Below the pieces are notes generated by a model. That model saw only the letters and a list, made by a program, of their open reading frames with translations, searched no databases and was not told the DNA's origin. From positions 1 to 64,000 of the forward strand of contig JBPGPT010000049.1 in the NCBI GenBank assembly GCA_051047955.1: a DNA stretch of 64,000 bases, read 5' to 3'. Positions 22,485-34,328 of this stretch are shown here, piece after piece (the stretch's first letter is position 1; every line of letters starts with the position of its first letter). A program made the position numbers and the translations under genes. The DNA comes from Cystobasidiomycetes sp. EMM_F5. Lineage: Eukaryota.

Positions 22485-24677
22485 TTATTGCTGACCCGGC
22501 GTGTCGTCGTTGAAGCTGACGTTGGAAAACGACGCCCCGTCACTCGATTCGTCGCTTCGTCCAAAGTAGTAGCGACTGTCTGCCGAGCTCGATGCTCCAC
22601 TCAGTGTCCGTGTCACTGTCGTCATTCGCGAACTGTCATCCTCGCCTTCCGCTCCAACAGTCCCGTTGTCTCCGTCATTTGTCCTATCGCTCTCCGTCTC
22701 CTCCGTATCGCTAAACCTCTCCGACCCTTCCTCCGACAAAGCATCCTCCCTTCGGTTCCACAGTAGTGGGAACCGCGAAGTGGCAGCAGAAGGCGGTGAA
22801 GGTCCGTTGTTAGAAGTCGATGGGCTCCCTGTAAAGGACGAAAAGGAAGGCTTATACATCCGTAGATACGGATTTCGGCTGCCGACCAGCGTTGCAGACC
22901 CTAATGCACTGCTAGGAGATGCAGCCGGTCCATCATTGACGCCGCGCAAAGTTTGCTGTCCAGGGGATGACGTTAACGGAGAAGTGTACTGTCCGCTGGG
23001 AAGAGCGTTGAATTGGGTGTTGAGGCGCAGCTGCGTCCCCGTCCCAGTACCGGCCGCTGATGGGTCGCGCACGGGTATAGTACTCGCTTTGGTTGTACTG
23101 TAAAATTCCGTAGAGTAGGCGCTATTTGCACCAGCAGACGCAGTCGAAGTAGTGGGCGCGGACGATTGTGAACTTCCAGAGATGAGCGACACCGCTGACA
23201 GCCGTGCAGGATCGGTAGTCTGCGAATCTGCCCTGCTTAGACCGTACGGCGACGACGATGCTTGATTATCGGCAAAAGGATCGTCGGTTGTTCCATCTGC
23301 ACCCAAGCGAGCACCATCGCCCGCACGTTTCGTCTTGTGGAGTTTCGACGATAGTGGCAGTAGAGTGGGTTGCAACATGTCTGTCCGATCTCCATCCAAA
23401 AGGTTCTCGCTAGTCTCGAAATTGGCATACCCAGCTTGAGGGTACGGTCTGCCGTGCAGAGCACCGGATGTTGCAGCAGTAGATACTTGCTGCATGTCAT
23501 CCGATGCGCCCTGTGACTTTCGGGCAAAGACACCGCGTTTTGCGGGCTTGTTGGCGGGCTTGATGACTCCGTACTCTTGCTGAACTCGACGATATCGCCG
23601 GTTTGTGCGCCAATACATGATGGATAGGAAGATGATGGCTATACAAGCGAGCGCAAGTAGGCCCGCCAGCACACTTTGTATCACCTTGCCGTCGTGGATT
23701 TCGGCATTCTCTACTGCTCGTCCGCTGTTGTAATTATAGTCAGCACTCCGTGAGCAAGAGAAAGGCGAGACGAGAACGCACGTTGCCGTTTCCAGATCGT
23801 TGGCTTTGGTCGCTGTGCCTTCTGTCGACAATAGAGGAGCTGTCGACATCGTAGCGAGCGTGCCGGAAGTACCCGGATGAGCCACATCGCTCGATACGCT
23901 GTTGCCATCGGCGTACGCAGCTGGAGCCGCTGCCGTTGTCGTCTTCTTGATTGTGCTGATGGCTGTAACTGTCGCTGTAGCTGTCGCTGTAGTCGTCGTT
24001 GTGTGCAGGACGGTATCGGTCATTGGAGGCACGCTCGCAACGAGCTGGCCGTGCCCTGACGGGTCGACGACAGACACGGAGGGAGAGATGCACCAGTTGT
24101 CCATTGCCTGACCCTTGCCATTCGACGAGACCGTGATGGGGGACGGTGAGTTTATCGTCAGTCCGGAAGCGTCAGTTAGCTGAAAGATGAGGATATCTTT
24201 TGGCTGCGCGAGGACTGCCAGACCGACGAGGAATGATAGTAGACGTGGAGTATCAGTAGAAGCGTCAGAGAATGGTCTTTTTGCATCAGCTTTTGCGTCT
24301 TTCTTCTTGAAATTCCCGCTTCTCGGCTCACCGGTCCACGCCGTCCATTCAGCCCACGTCTTTTCGACTAGGACGGAGCTCTTGTAGTAGCCATTGTCTC
24401 TGTTGGTGCTGTACCAGACCGCCGTGACCGTGTAGGGCGGCCGTCCACCCCGAAATCCAACAGCCAGCTGGTCGCAGCTCGTCGGAGACCAGTCAATGAC
24501 GCTGAGAAATCGCAGTCCCCCGTCGTTGTCGCTATCGTTGTTGTCGTCCATACCCTCACTCCCCCTCGCCGTTTCCCCTGCTCCCTGCCCCTGCTCGCTG
24601 TTTTCTCGCAGCATTCCAGACTCGGCTCCTGTATTATCCCGCAGCTCCAGCAGTCCTGGCGGGTCTCCCGTCGCCAT
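22485..24677 (-). CDS. Single-pass membrane protein with Ser/Thr-rich ectodomain (Mid2/Wsc-like architecture); start and introns uncertain
   Basis: Cys-containing beta-rich segment (CDQLAVGFRGGRPPYTV), Thr-rich stalk, TM VLAGLLALACIAIIFLSIMYW followed by RTNRRYRR, and a Ser-rich cytoplasmic tail. Confidence 0.6.
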   Translation of the reverse strand: MATGDPPGLLELRDNTGAESGMLRENSEQGQGAGETARGSEGMDDNNDSDNDGGLRFLSVIDWSPTSCDQLAVGFRGGRPPYTVTAVWYSTNRDNGYYKSSVLVEKTWAEWTAWTGEPRSGNFKKKDAKADAKRPFSDASTDTPRLLSFLVGLAVLAQPKDILIFQLTDASGLTINSPSPITVSSNGKGQAMDNWCISPSVSVVDPSGHGQLVASVPPMTDTVLHTTTTTATATATVTAISTIKKTTTAAAPAAYADGNSVSSDVAHPGTSGTLATMSTAPLLSTEGTATKANDLETATCVLVSPFSCSRSADYNYNSGRAVENAEIHDGKVIQSVLAGLLALACIAIIFLSIMYWRTNRRYRRVQQEYGVIKPANKPAKRGVFARKSQGASDDMQQVSTAATSGALHGRPYPQAGYANFETSENLLDGDRTDMLQPTLLPLSSKLHKTKRAGDGARLGADGTTDDPFADNQASSSPYGLSRADSQTTDPARLSAVSLISGSSQSSAPTTSTASAGANSAYSTEFYSTTKASTIPVRDPSAAGTGTGTQLRLNTQFNALPSGQYTSPLTSSPGQQTLRGVNDGPAASPSSALGSATLVGSRNPYLRMYKPSFSSFTGSPSTSNNGPSPPSAATSRFPLLWNRREDALSEEGSERFSDTEETESDRTNDGDNGTVGAEGEDDSSRMTTVTRTLSGASSSADSRYYFGRSDESSDGASFSNVSFNDDTPGQQ

Positions 24678-24741
24678 GGCTGTTGGTGTATCCTCAGAGA
24701 TGCCGTCGTCAAATACTGGGCAGCGTCTTGGTCGGTCGGTC

Positions 24742-24775
24742 GGAAAGAAAGAAAGAAGAAAGAAAGAAAGAAACA
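24742..24775. repeat. (GAAA)n microsatellite / purine tract
   Basis: ggaaagaaagaaagaagaaagaaagaaagaaac is visible. It is a pyrimidine tract on the minus strand, upstream of the membrane-protein start. Confidence 0.8.
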
Positions 24776-24990
24776 AGCTCGTTGAATATGCAATTTGACG
24801 CAAAAAGTCTGGCAAATCATCCAAGAACGACGAAGTTGACGGTGATCCTGCATCGCACACTACTCTTGACAACAACAGCGTATACATTCCCCGAAAGAGC
24901 AGACAGATTAAGCGAAATAGGACGGCCTGCACATCCCCGACGAAGAAATGACGACAGATGCGACATGCACGAGAATGCTCTTCTTGGCAT

Positions 24991-25909
24991 TCAGATATCA
25001 TCCGTCATGATGGCAATCTATGCGAGGTGGTGCAAGTATTGCAGAGTAGCATCTAGATTAGCCATCTGTCGCAGCGAAACCATACTCCACAATCGAAACT
25101 CACAAACTCGGCTTCGCTAATTTCGCCGTCTTGGTCCAGATCAAACTCTTCAATCATGGCTTGTCTGTGTGTGTTTGAGGGTTGAAAGCAATAACGGGAT
25201 GTGCGGCAATGGCATCACAAGATATAGATGAAAGTAAGGCATGGACCAAAGTCAGTATGTCTGATAACCGACGCCATCCATCCGGCAAAAGCACGCACAG
25301 CTCTTCATCATCCAGGTTTTCGCCCAACTCCTTTGCGACGCGTTTGAGGTTTCGTATACTGATTCTCCCAGTGTTGTCGTCATCAAACAGCCTGAAGGCG
25401 CGTCGGATCTCGTCGAGCGGGTCTCGCAGGAGGATCTTTTCCGTGACTGCGCGTAGAGGGTGGAGTGTGTTAGTCTCTGGCTTGCTCTCCGCCTGCTCGG
25501 CCAATACCCATCACGCGTAAACAGTCTCCAGCTTCACGCACCGACTTTGGCGAAATCGTCATAGACCATGACGCCCGTCCCGTTTCTGTCGTAGTCTCTG
25601 AGCAGTTTGAGCACTTCTGCCTTCTTCATCTCGAATCCGAGTGCCCTCAGCGCGACCTTTAGCTCGTGGAAGCCTATCGCTCCGTCCTTGTCGGTATCCT
25701 GGGAGCTCGTCAGCCTCTCCCTCGCGTCTCGAGTGTTATACCCTCACAAACAAATCAAACGCCTCCCTAATCTCGTGCCGCTGCTCGTCTGTAATGTCTG
25801 GCCTGTTTACGGCGTTTGAAGTTGGGGGTACGTTGTTTGATAAGTTATGGCCTGGCGTGTGCGGTGCTCGTCTAGCCTTTGCCTTTCCGGCGGCAGTGTA
25901 CAGCGACAT
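24991..25909 (-). CDS. CDC31: Centrin (caltractin), 4 EF-hands
   Basis: Five exons: EIREAFDLF / [22 protein letters not shown] / [35 protein letters not shown] / [19 protein letters not shown] / IAIMTDDI*. Confidence 0.95.
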
Positions 25910-25956
25910 TATCCTGAGCTCGAGTGGTTTCGCATCCAGTTGTTGCGATTCCAAGC

Positions 25957-25990
25957 TTGATTTGATTTGATTTGGTTTGATTTGAATTGA
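25957..25990. repeat. (TTTGA)n pentanucleotide repeat in the centrin / large-ORF divergent promoter
   Basis: ttgatttgatttgatttggtttgatttgaattga is visible. Confidence 0.8.
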
Positions 25991-26050
25991 AAGTAAACCT
26001 TTCAGACCAGCTCCAACTGGATTGATAATTGTAAAGCTGCATGCCTGCGT

Positions 26051-29000
26051 ATGACATTACTGGCACGCTCCTGGCGGGCAGCGGCATATCCAAACCCAGC
26101 AGCACTCGGGAATACCGTCCAGGTCTGCAACTGCGGGCAGGCAATACAGCAGAGCCGGACAGCGAGCACGGCAAGCACACGCAGCGTCAAAGGGAAGGAG
26201 AGGCAGAATGATGGACAGGATACACAGACGAGGCCACGTTATGGCCGTGTGATTGAGCAAACTGACGGCCAGGTGCGCATATTACAATTTCAAACGAAAT
26301 CAAGACTGATTGGAAGCGATACGCAGACCGCGACAGTCAGAAAGTATGCGAGGAGCTCCTCAACAGTGCACATTCAGCGCCTTACCTTGAAGCAAAGAGC
26401 ACGGGAAGCTGCAGCGGCAGCGACAGCCCGTTCAAGATCAACCTTGCATCCAATAGCTTCCACGAGTGCAAGTCTGAACGTTGACGACAAGCCTCATCTC
26501 AATCGCTGCATCCCCGTCTCAGATACTTATACCCCGCATATCGCTCCGGGCGCCAGTTCGAACGATACGGCAGCAGATGGCTACAACGGCGATGCCCACT
26601 TGCAGGCCGACTCGCTCATACCCTCGGCAAATAGTCTACATCATCTACGACATAACCTACAGCTGTGCAATAATGTCTACTCACTCGTCCACTTTCTTGC
26701 AATACTCTCCAAGAACACGGCCGTTCATAACAACATATTCATCGAGATACTCGACGAGGCGTTCGAAAAACTTACTGCTGGTGGTCGGGATATAGCAGCA
26801 GCCCCTGATGGCGCATTTGATAAAGATCGATATGGCTTGCAACTCGGAGCGGTCGCCAGAATGGCTAGCACTCGCATTTTTGCCATTGCGTCGGCACCCG
26901 ACACCCGAGAACCCTTTGCGCCTCGATTAGATTATCAGTCGTTATACATCAAACACGCAAATGCATTCCAAGTGCTCAAAGGCTCTCTGGCGGGCTTGGC
27001 CGATATCAACATGACCACTTCCAAAGTCAACACGTCCCTTCTTTTTTTTCCGCTCCGAACACTTCAGCTGCTGGCGTTGATGTCCACTTCACGCGGTGAT
27101 GACCGCTTGCTTGAGCAAGCGGAACAAATTTTCAGAAAATTCTATCTGGGTCGATGCAAGTATGGCAGTCACGCTGGTTTACACTCTACGCCCGTAGCGG
27201 TTACATCACAGATTACCTTCTTGTGCAACCAACTGATACAGACACACTTCGCTGCTCCGCATATACATCCAGAAAGGTTTGAAAGAGGCGCCGCACTCTT
27301 GTTAGCGGCTGTCTCGTCTGGCTTGACGGTGTCAAACTCCATTATATATACCTATATACTGCGTCATCCGGTTCAGTCTGGTCATGCTGTGCAGAATACT
27401 CGCAGATCAGCTTTCGAAAGCGTCAAGAAAGCGGTACTCTCGTCTGGCAATGTGACGGCGAAGCGTAATTTGGAAGACATCACACCAGACATCTTGTACG
27501 TTATAAAATCGAACAGGCCTTACGAAGGCCCGCATAGTGTATTGGAACGGCTCGAAGGTATCTCGCGTGACGATCGTGCTGGCGTGGGAAGCCTTTTACC
27601 TGATATTAAGCAGATGCTGGAAGACTACCGCGCACAGTTGTCAGCTGCTTCACTTTTATCCCCCGCGACTCAGTCCGATGCGCGATCAGTGGCCGAGTAC
27701 GCTGCGATCCAAGCTGTTCGCGTCTTCCAAAGCTTGATCCTCGCTGGACATCCGCCAGGCGACAAGATAACAGCACTCATACGAAGATTGACGGAGGTGC
27801 TTGCCAACAATGGAGTGTCCTTACCATTCCCGGAGCTTCGGCGGGCGGCACAGTCGGCTCTGCCGCACGATGCTACGCTCGTAGCCCTGTCAGCCTCGAA
27901 GTCTCAGTCTACATCGCATGAAGGGAAATCGAGTTTGCAGCCGGAGACGTCTCTCCGGCAATCCGCTCCACAGATGCTCTGTCTCGCCATTGAAGCCGGC
28001 GACTGGGATCTCGCTAAAACACTATACAAGTGTATTCGCCAGTTCCACGATTTCAGGTGGCTGCATGTCAGTCATAATGAGCAGGAGACAACCTGGTACT
28101 GGACCCGATTCTTCACGGCTGTAGCGAACGACGCGATTCAGAGACATACGAAAGACACCGGCTCGCAACGCTCGGGAAGTTTCGAAGCCGTCAACTCTGC
28201 GCTCCAGTTGTACGTGGACTGGTGCGATGATGGCAGTGCTTCTACATGTCCGCAAGCTATTACCGAGACATTCGTACGCGTGTTGGCATGCTCTTCACAG
28301 GATTTTAACGGTCTTACGCTCTTCCTGCGGTACTTGGCTGGCAACCTAGGATCGTACAGCGATCGCAATATCTGCCTATATTTCGAGCAGATTTCAAAGC
28401 CTGTTCCGCACAGCACCGGCTCCGCCGCCGCAGCTCGTAGAGCGCGCGCTGTGCGCGCTGCCGAGGTGCTGCTCCAGTCAGGCAGACCAACAACAAAGGC
28501 GCTGACCTTCGCTATCCTACAAACTTGGACGAGGTTTGGCAATAATACAGACGTGTCACGGGAGATCTTCCGTCTTCTGGTGCATCCCGCACGACAGTCC
28601 AAGGCGAGTCTACTGTATGTGCTGGAGTACATTGCACAAGCGCCCGAGACCGCTGCCCAGTCGGAAATAATGTGTCGGCTTATCCGCCTAGTCCTGGCGC
28701 GTTGGCAGACTCTTGGACTTGATCTAACCGGCGACGTGCTGCATTTGACAGTGCTAGCATGCCAGGCAGCTGGGTTGTCGAATATCGAACATATTCAGCA
28801 GGCTATTGCGTCAGGCGACTTCGTGTTGGCGCACTGCCTCATTCGAGTGGAGCCGACCATTGCAGATCGAGCACAATTACCTGTTGCGCTGGCTGCGACG
28901 GCAGACAGTGTGCCGATCGTGGAAGGAGACAAAGTGAAGTCGATCCAAACTGCATTATTGTCGGAGTGTGGGGATAACAAAGCCGACAGTCTCGTCGAGC

Positions 29001-29761
29001 GGCAGCTGGAAATTGGCGATGCCTGTGCGGCAGCGACTTCTCCGTTGGCAAAAGACCCCATCGCTGCACCGAGCGACGTGCCTGTGCTGGAGCAAAGTTG
29101 CTCGCCAGAGTCCGCTTTTGGCGAAGCGTTGCAGACTTGCACAGGCCAGGGTGCTGCACGGCAGTCTGGTCCGTTCCTTTCTGCCTTCTTCTCCGCCAAC
29201 GCACGGGAGATCAGTCTAGAGGAGGGAGATGAAACAATCACAGACACAGTTTCGCGTCCCGCAACCGTACTAGCAATGCTCCATGACACACAAAGAAAAC
29301 AGCAACGGGCATCGCCGCCCGCTCTTGCAGCTCCAACAGAGTGCGACGATGATATTCCTGCCGATTACAAGGAACCAACAGACGATCGGAAGACCACTCT
29401 GCCCAATTGGCTCGCATACCCCTCGTCTACGCAAGGAAGTCCTCTATCCGCGTCAAACAAGAAAATGCCGAGTTTTCTCGCGAATCGATCCTTGCCTTCT
29501 CAGCCTCAGGCAACGGTTCTAATGAAGTCAACCGGGCCAGCTAGCCCATCTCCGATCCCCGGATGGCCACTACGACGCTTCACACAAGCCATTAGCGACG
29601 CGTCCATAGAACAGATGGCGGCCTTTAAGCGTCTCGAGGTGGAGCTGCGAGCTATCCGTGCGCGAAAACAGCAGGATCGGCGAAACGCGAATCTGCTGAA
29701 CCGCGCAGACGCGACTCGATGGTTGGGTTGGTCAGAGTACGCAGCAACACCTTGGTACTAG
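26051..29761 (+). CDS. Large intronless hypothetical protein (1236 aa), possibly mitochondrial helical-repeat (PPR-like)
   Basis: Uninterrupted 3.7-kb ORF. Arg/Ser/Ala-rich N-terminus lacking acidic residues. Helical segments such as AIEAGDWDLAKTLYKCIRQ. Function is inferred only. Confidence 0.7.
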   Translation: MTLLARSWRAAAYPNPAALGNTVQVCNCGQAIQQSRTASTASTRSVKGKERQNDGQDTQTRPRYGRVIEQTDGQVRILQFQTKSRLIGSDTQTATVRKYARSSSTVHIQRLTLKQRAREAAAAATARSRSTLHPIASTSASLNVDDKPHLNRCIPVSDTYTPHIAPGASSNDTAADGYNGDAHLQADSLIPSANSLHHLRHNLQLCNNVYSLVHFLAILSKNTAVHNNIFIEILDEAFEKLTAGGRDIAAAPDGAFDKDRYGLQLGAVARMASTRIFAIASAPDTREPFAPRLDYQSLYIKHANAFQVLKGSLAGLADINMTTSKVNTSLLFFPLRTLQLLALMSTSRGDDRLLEQAEQIFRKFYLGRCKYGSHAGLHSTPVAVTSQITFLCNQLIQTHFAAPHIHPERFERGAALLLAAVSSGLTVSNSIIYTYILRHPVQSGHAVQNTRRSAFESVKKAVLSSGNVTAKRNLEDITPDILYVIKSNRPYEGPHSVLERLEGISRDDRAGVGSLLPDIKQMLEDYRAQLSAASLLSPATQSDARSVAEYAAIQAVRVFQSLILAGHPPGDKITALIRRLTEVLANNGVSLPFPELRRAAQSALPHDATLVALSASKSQSTSHEGKSSLQPETSLRQSAPQMLCLAIEAGDWDLAKTLYKCIRQFHDFRWLHVSHNEQETTWYWTRFFTAVANDAIQRHTKDTGSQRSGSFEAVNSALQLYVDWCDDGSASTCPQAITETFVRVLACSSQDFNGLTLFLRYLAGNLGSYSDRNICLYFEQISKPVPHSTGSAAAARRARAVRAAEVLLQSGRPTTKALTFAILQTWTRFGNNTDVSREIFRLLVHPARQSKASLLYVLEYIAQAPETAAQSEIMCRLIRLVLARWQTLGLDLTGDVLHLTVLACQAAGLSNIEHIQQAIASGDFVLAHCLIRVEPTIADRAQLPVALAATADSVPIVEGDKVKSIQTALLSECGDNKADSLVERQLEIGDACAAATSPLAKDPIAAPSDVPVLEQSCSPESAFGEALQTCTGQGAARQSGPFLSAFFSANAREISLEEGDETITDTVSRPATVLAMLHDTQRKQQRASPPALAAPTECDDDIPADYKEPTDDRKTTLPNWLAYPSSTQGSPLSASNKKMPSFLANRSLPSQPQATVLMKSTGPASPSPIPGWPLRRFTQAISDASIEQMAAFKRLEVELRAIRARKQQDRRNANLLNRADATRWLGWSEYAATPWY

Positions 29762-29935
29762 TTAGAAAGCGTATGAGATGACTAGAAGCTACTAGGTTGA
29801 AAGCATATGCAGTAATCTGAAGAAGTACAGATGGCTTGGCATTCATTAATGTCATTGTAGCATATGCGCATGCAGCATCGAACGAGTAACTACAACAGAC
29901 GCGATCAAGATGAAATTGACGGTGTGTAGGCATAA

Positions 29936-30680
29936 CTAGCTGTTTCCCGTCTCAAACTCGATGCCTTCCAGACCCGCAATCTGTAGAGGCCGCCAATCAC
30001 AATTACATTCAGGCTGTGATAACAAATAGACACTGTGACGTACCTTTGGCTGATTTCTTGCTTTCAGGTCTCCTTCTGCGTCATCTCCATCCTGCGGAAA
30101 GTCCTTTATATCGTCCACCCCGACTGCGTGGCGTTGATTATAGTCCTGCATGTCTTTGAGCTCTTGCTCCTGATCAGCTGTCCGTAGGCCCTGAGAGTCA
30201 CCGATATATGTTGCTCGTAAGCCATTTGAATCATCGTTTCCCGAGCCCAAGACATCAGATCGCACCTCTCGGCCTTTTTTGACGATAGTGTCCAAGTCGG
30301 CCTGGTTGTTCAGCAGCTGATCGCGTAGTTTGGTGTTATCCTTGCGCAGGGTTAGACCGTACTGACGCACGTCCTGGGGATAAGTTGTCAGACGCCATCT
30401 CCGCTTACCGATTCAGCGTGTGTTTACGTCACGGAAGCCGTGGCCGGTGTCACCACCGTTCTTTGCCAGCAGGAGCTGCGTCAGTTGGTCGCCCAGCATT
30501 TCAGCTCTCGATTGGTCTCCTCCACCGCTCGCAAAGGATTCTGTCAGATAGGAACGGGCTGTACGATAGATCAAAGGTTGTAATGGGGAAAGTAAACGTG
30601 GGATTCTCGCGCGGAAACATGGAGAGCAGCCAGCGGGACTTGCACTTGTCTAGGATATCATCAATTCCATCGCCAGACAT
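29936..30680 (-). CDS. Small protein with divergent TFIIS central-domain-like region (4 exons, first intron GC-AG)
   Basis: GC-AG intron 30559-30643 plus two GT-AG introns give a continuous ORF: MSGDGIDDILDKSRSYLTESF..AEMLGDQLTQLLLAKNGGDTGHGFRDDVRQYGLTLRKDNTKLRDQLLNNQADLDTIVK..IAGLEGIEFETGNS. Confidence 0.6.
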
Positions 30681-30874
30681 GGTTGCCCGAGTTGCAGCCG
30701 GTTGGTGCAGAGCAAACCGAGTCTCTTTGCCGTTCAAAGGAGGAAGAATGGTTCAGTCTTTCGCCAATTCTGACACAAAATTGCTGCGAAGAAGCGGAAT
30801 AGCTCACTGGACGCTGGCTCACAAACGGTGGACGCAGCTCGCAGACCAGCCTGCGAAAGAGCCCGGTTTCGATA

Positions 30875-33800
30875 ATGTCGTCGGCGTCATTGGCGGGCTC
30901 CCCAGTCCAATATGACCCGTACGACCAGTTTAATGCCTACCAGCAGCAGGGAATGGCTCAGAACATGTACGGACACCACCACGGCTACGCTTCCCCGCCG
31001 CCAGGCCAGGCAGTCTACGTCCAGCAGCAGTTTCCAATGGCTCCCGCAATCCAACAGCAACATCGACCAGGATTGCTGCCGCAGGGAACCGCTATCGTTA
31101 TTGGAGAGCACACCGTCGTCGTGGACAAGTTTCTGTCCGAGGGTGCGCTGAGAATCCCGTCTGGCTTTGTCGCGCGCAATTCTGACGTAGTTGAACGTCT
31201 TCCACGGCTAATTCGCACTGACTTACACTGAATTACCCTCGCAAAGGCGGCTTCGCTCACGTCTACCTCGTGCAAACTACCGAGCCCGTCTATTTGCTCG
31301 GAGAGCCCACCGACCAGCTCGTCCTCAAACGCGTAGCAGTGCCCGACAAGGAGACTCTGCGCGAAGTCAGATGGGAAGTCGACGTGATGAAGCTCGTACG
31401 CGGTCATCGACACATTGTCAATCTGATCGAAGCTACTGCTGCACCCATACCCGGCTCGTCGGGCTACGAAGTCTTTATTCTCATGGAGTACTGCCCTGGC
31501 GGCGGAATCATCGACATGATGAATACCCGCCTGCAGCACAGACTCACAGAGGGCGAGATCCTCAAGATATTTTCCGACGTCGTGGAAGGTGTCTGCTGGA
31601 TGCACACCCGCGACCCGCCCCTGATGCATCGGGATCTCAAAGTCGAGAACATCCTCTTGGCCGGTCCCCAATTCTACAAGTTGTGCGACTTTGGTTCGAC
31701 AACAACTCCTCGTGCAAGTGTGCCGTCATCTGTTGAAGAAATAAAAGCTCTCGAGGCCGAACTCAACAAGCACACGACGTTACAATACCGCAGTCCGGAA
31801 ATGTGTGACGTTTGGTCAAAGAAGGCAGTCGGTCTGCCATCAGATATATGGGCGCTGGGCGTACTACTATATAAACTCTGCTTTTACATTACTCCCTTTG
31901 AAGATCAAGGGCCAATGGCAATCTTGAATGTGCAATATCAGATGCCTGCGTATCCTGCATACAGCCATCACTTGTGTAATCTTATCGCATCCATGCTCGT
32001 GGAACGTGCGGACAAGCGACCCAGCGCATATCATGTACACAAGGAAGTGTGCAGGCTGCGGGGCGTACAAGTGAATCTCGAATATGTGAGTCGCCATGTG
32101 TCATCACACGTGATTTGAATAGCGACTGACGTAGGATTCATCCATAGAAATCACGAGCCGTCCAGCCCGTCCAGCTAGCGCCGTCGCCAGCATTCAATGG
32201 TGCTGCGACTCCCAATTTGCCCTCTCGTTCGACCTCAATCACCGACCTATCCAATACGCAAAACTTTAGTACCAATGATATCCAGCCTATGCGGCGTGGG
32301 AGACCGGCTAAGAGCAGTTCCGTTTCGTCAGGGTCATCTGTGGCGCAGCTCAAGCAAGGTTTGGAAGCGGGTCACTCTAGCAATTCCGATAAAAGCCGAC
32401 ATAATCTAGTACGGAAGCCATCAAGACTACAACAAGAATGGAACAATGGCGATAGCCATACCACCGAATCACGCGAGACGCTTGGGTTTGCAGATTCATT
32501 TGAGCCAGCTGTGCAGTCCAGCGACATGGCCGCTGGGATGTCAACACTGGCGACATCGAACGAGGCTGATCCGCAGGCAGTACTGCCTCCGGCACAGAGC
32601 AAAACTGCGCTAGCTACTGCTGCACTATTCGAGGAATTAACGTCACCGGGCTCTACCATCAAGCAACCGCAGACGCTCGCTGCTCTTCAAGCACAGCGCA
32701 ATCAGCAACAGACCGCGAGTCGACAATCAGCTGCGGCGACGAATGCCGGGTATCAAGGTATGCGGCCTGGCAGTACCTCCTTTGGTGCCTCGAGTCAGCG
32801 GCGAGTATCCCCAACTACGCGACCTGTCGGTCCTCGAACTCTGCAGCAGCCTATAAACAACGCCAACTCAAATAATGGGCGAACGACAATATCTATGCCA
32901 TTTTCGGTCCCTGACCAGGCGGCATCTGGCTCAGACAGCATGCAGAGGCAAGACGGCGTCACGCAGCATGCTCAGCCTGAAAACATCGATGAAGTGGCAA
33001 CACCTAGAAGTTCCCTTGCGCCATTCAAACCTCCCAAGCCTGCTTCCTTCTCGCAGAGCGGTGTGCGGCCGGATTTGACAAGTCAGGCTAGTCAGACGGA
33101 TTCACAACAAACCCTAGACAGTCCCGACGGACCGCTGGAACCTGCGTCTACAGCGCTCGAGCCTTCGCACGTTGACTTTTCCGCATCGCAGAAAGTCAAT
33201 ATGCAACGTTTCCCGTCTATCAATGACTGGGATGCTGGATTTGCGGGATCACCACCCGTTGAAAACACCACTGCACAATCGGCTCCTTCTGCAGATCTGC
33301 TGGGTGACATCGCTGCAGATGATTCAATACCCGTTGTTCCAGAGGCAGGTAGCGTGCCAGCAGCGGAACAGGAGCCGCCTTCAGCACTCGGAGGCCTGAC
33401 GCGCCATCCGTCGATCCGCGTATTATCACCACTCCCTTCGCCGCGCATGGAACAGTCAGGCTCCAGCGTGCTTGCAGAGTCGCCCAAAGACAAATTTAAA
33501 CCCATCAAGCGCGAATCTCCCGTCGTACACCGTCAGAAGTCATTATCCATTACTTCTGTTTCCAGCGGACGATCGTGGTCGTCTGGTTCGGCGTTTATTG
33601 ATGTAAATCAAACGGGCAGCGACCAGCCGCAAATGTCAAACAACACTCTGCCACGACGTCAAGGCAGCTCGCTGTCTTCTGCAGGGAAACATAGTCTTGG
33701 GGCATCGCCTGCGTTATCCGAAAATCCAGTAGAGCAAGATGTCCATAGTGACTCAGCGTACACGACGGGCAATAGCTTAGGACTGGGATCGCTCGTTTCT

Positions 33801-34328
33801 CGTTACGAGAGTCTGTCTACCGTCCCTAGCGAGAAGCCGAAACCGCCAGCCAAGCCGCCCAAACCGCCAACCGCTGCCAAACCAGCTGCACTCCGCCAAG
33901 CTCCTTCGGTATCGAACGGAAAGCTGACTAGTAGCTTACCTGATTCTACTTCAAGCAGCTCTATGGAGGAGTTCAACAACCGCTTTCCCGCACTAGAGGG
34001 CGAAGAAGGCCGGAGCCCAAAGGCAGTTGCGGTGGCTCTCCAAATGACGACGGAGAATGCTTCCACACCCCGACAGTCATTCAAGCCGAGTCGCGACAAC
34101 TCGAGCGGTAGTATCTCGAGCATTGCCGATGGGAGTGCTCTTAACGGTGCGAGTCGTGCCCGTCCGTTGTCGTCGGTGCAGCATGGTATGCCTCTGCCGC
34201 AGCAGGACAAGGAGCAGGACAAGGAGACACCGTCCAAGAACGAGGACGCGTCATCGAGCCTGGAGTACCAGGGTGTCGCCAGTCTGCGTGATCGCTGGCA
34301 AAAGACGATGGGCGGAGCGGGGCGCTGA
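30875..34328 (+). CDS. Ark1/Prk1 (NAK family) Ser/Thr kinase
   Basis: LSEG-GFAHVYLV, VLKRVAV, YEVFILMEYCPGGGIIDMMN, HRDLKVENIL, KLCDFGS, HTTLQYRSPEM. Long disordered tail with FP motifs. Confidence 0.92.

Noticed and set aside
24678..25001. N-terminal extension of the 838-aa minus-strand ORF
   Set aside because: It overlaps the centrin last exon and 3'UTR and includes a pyrimidine microsatellite, so it is probably UTR or intron rather than coding.
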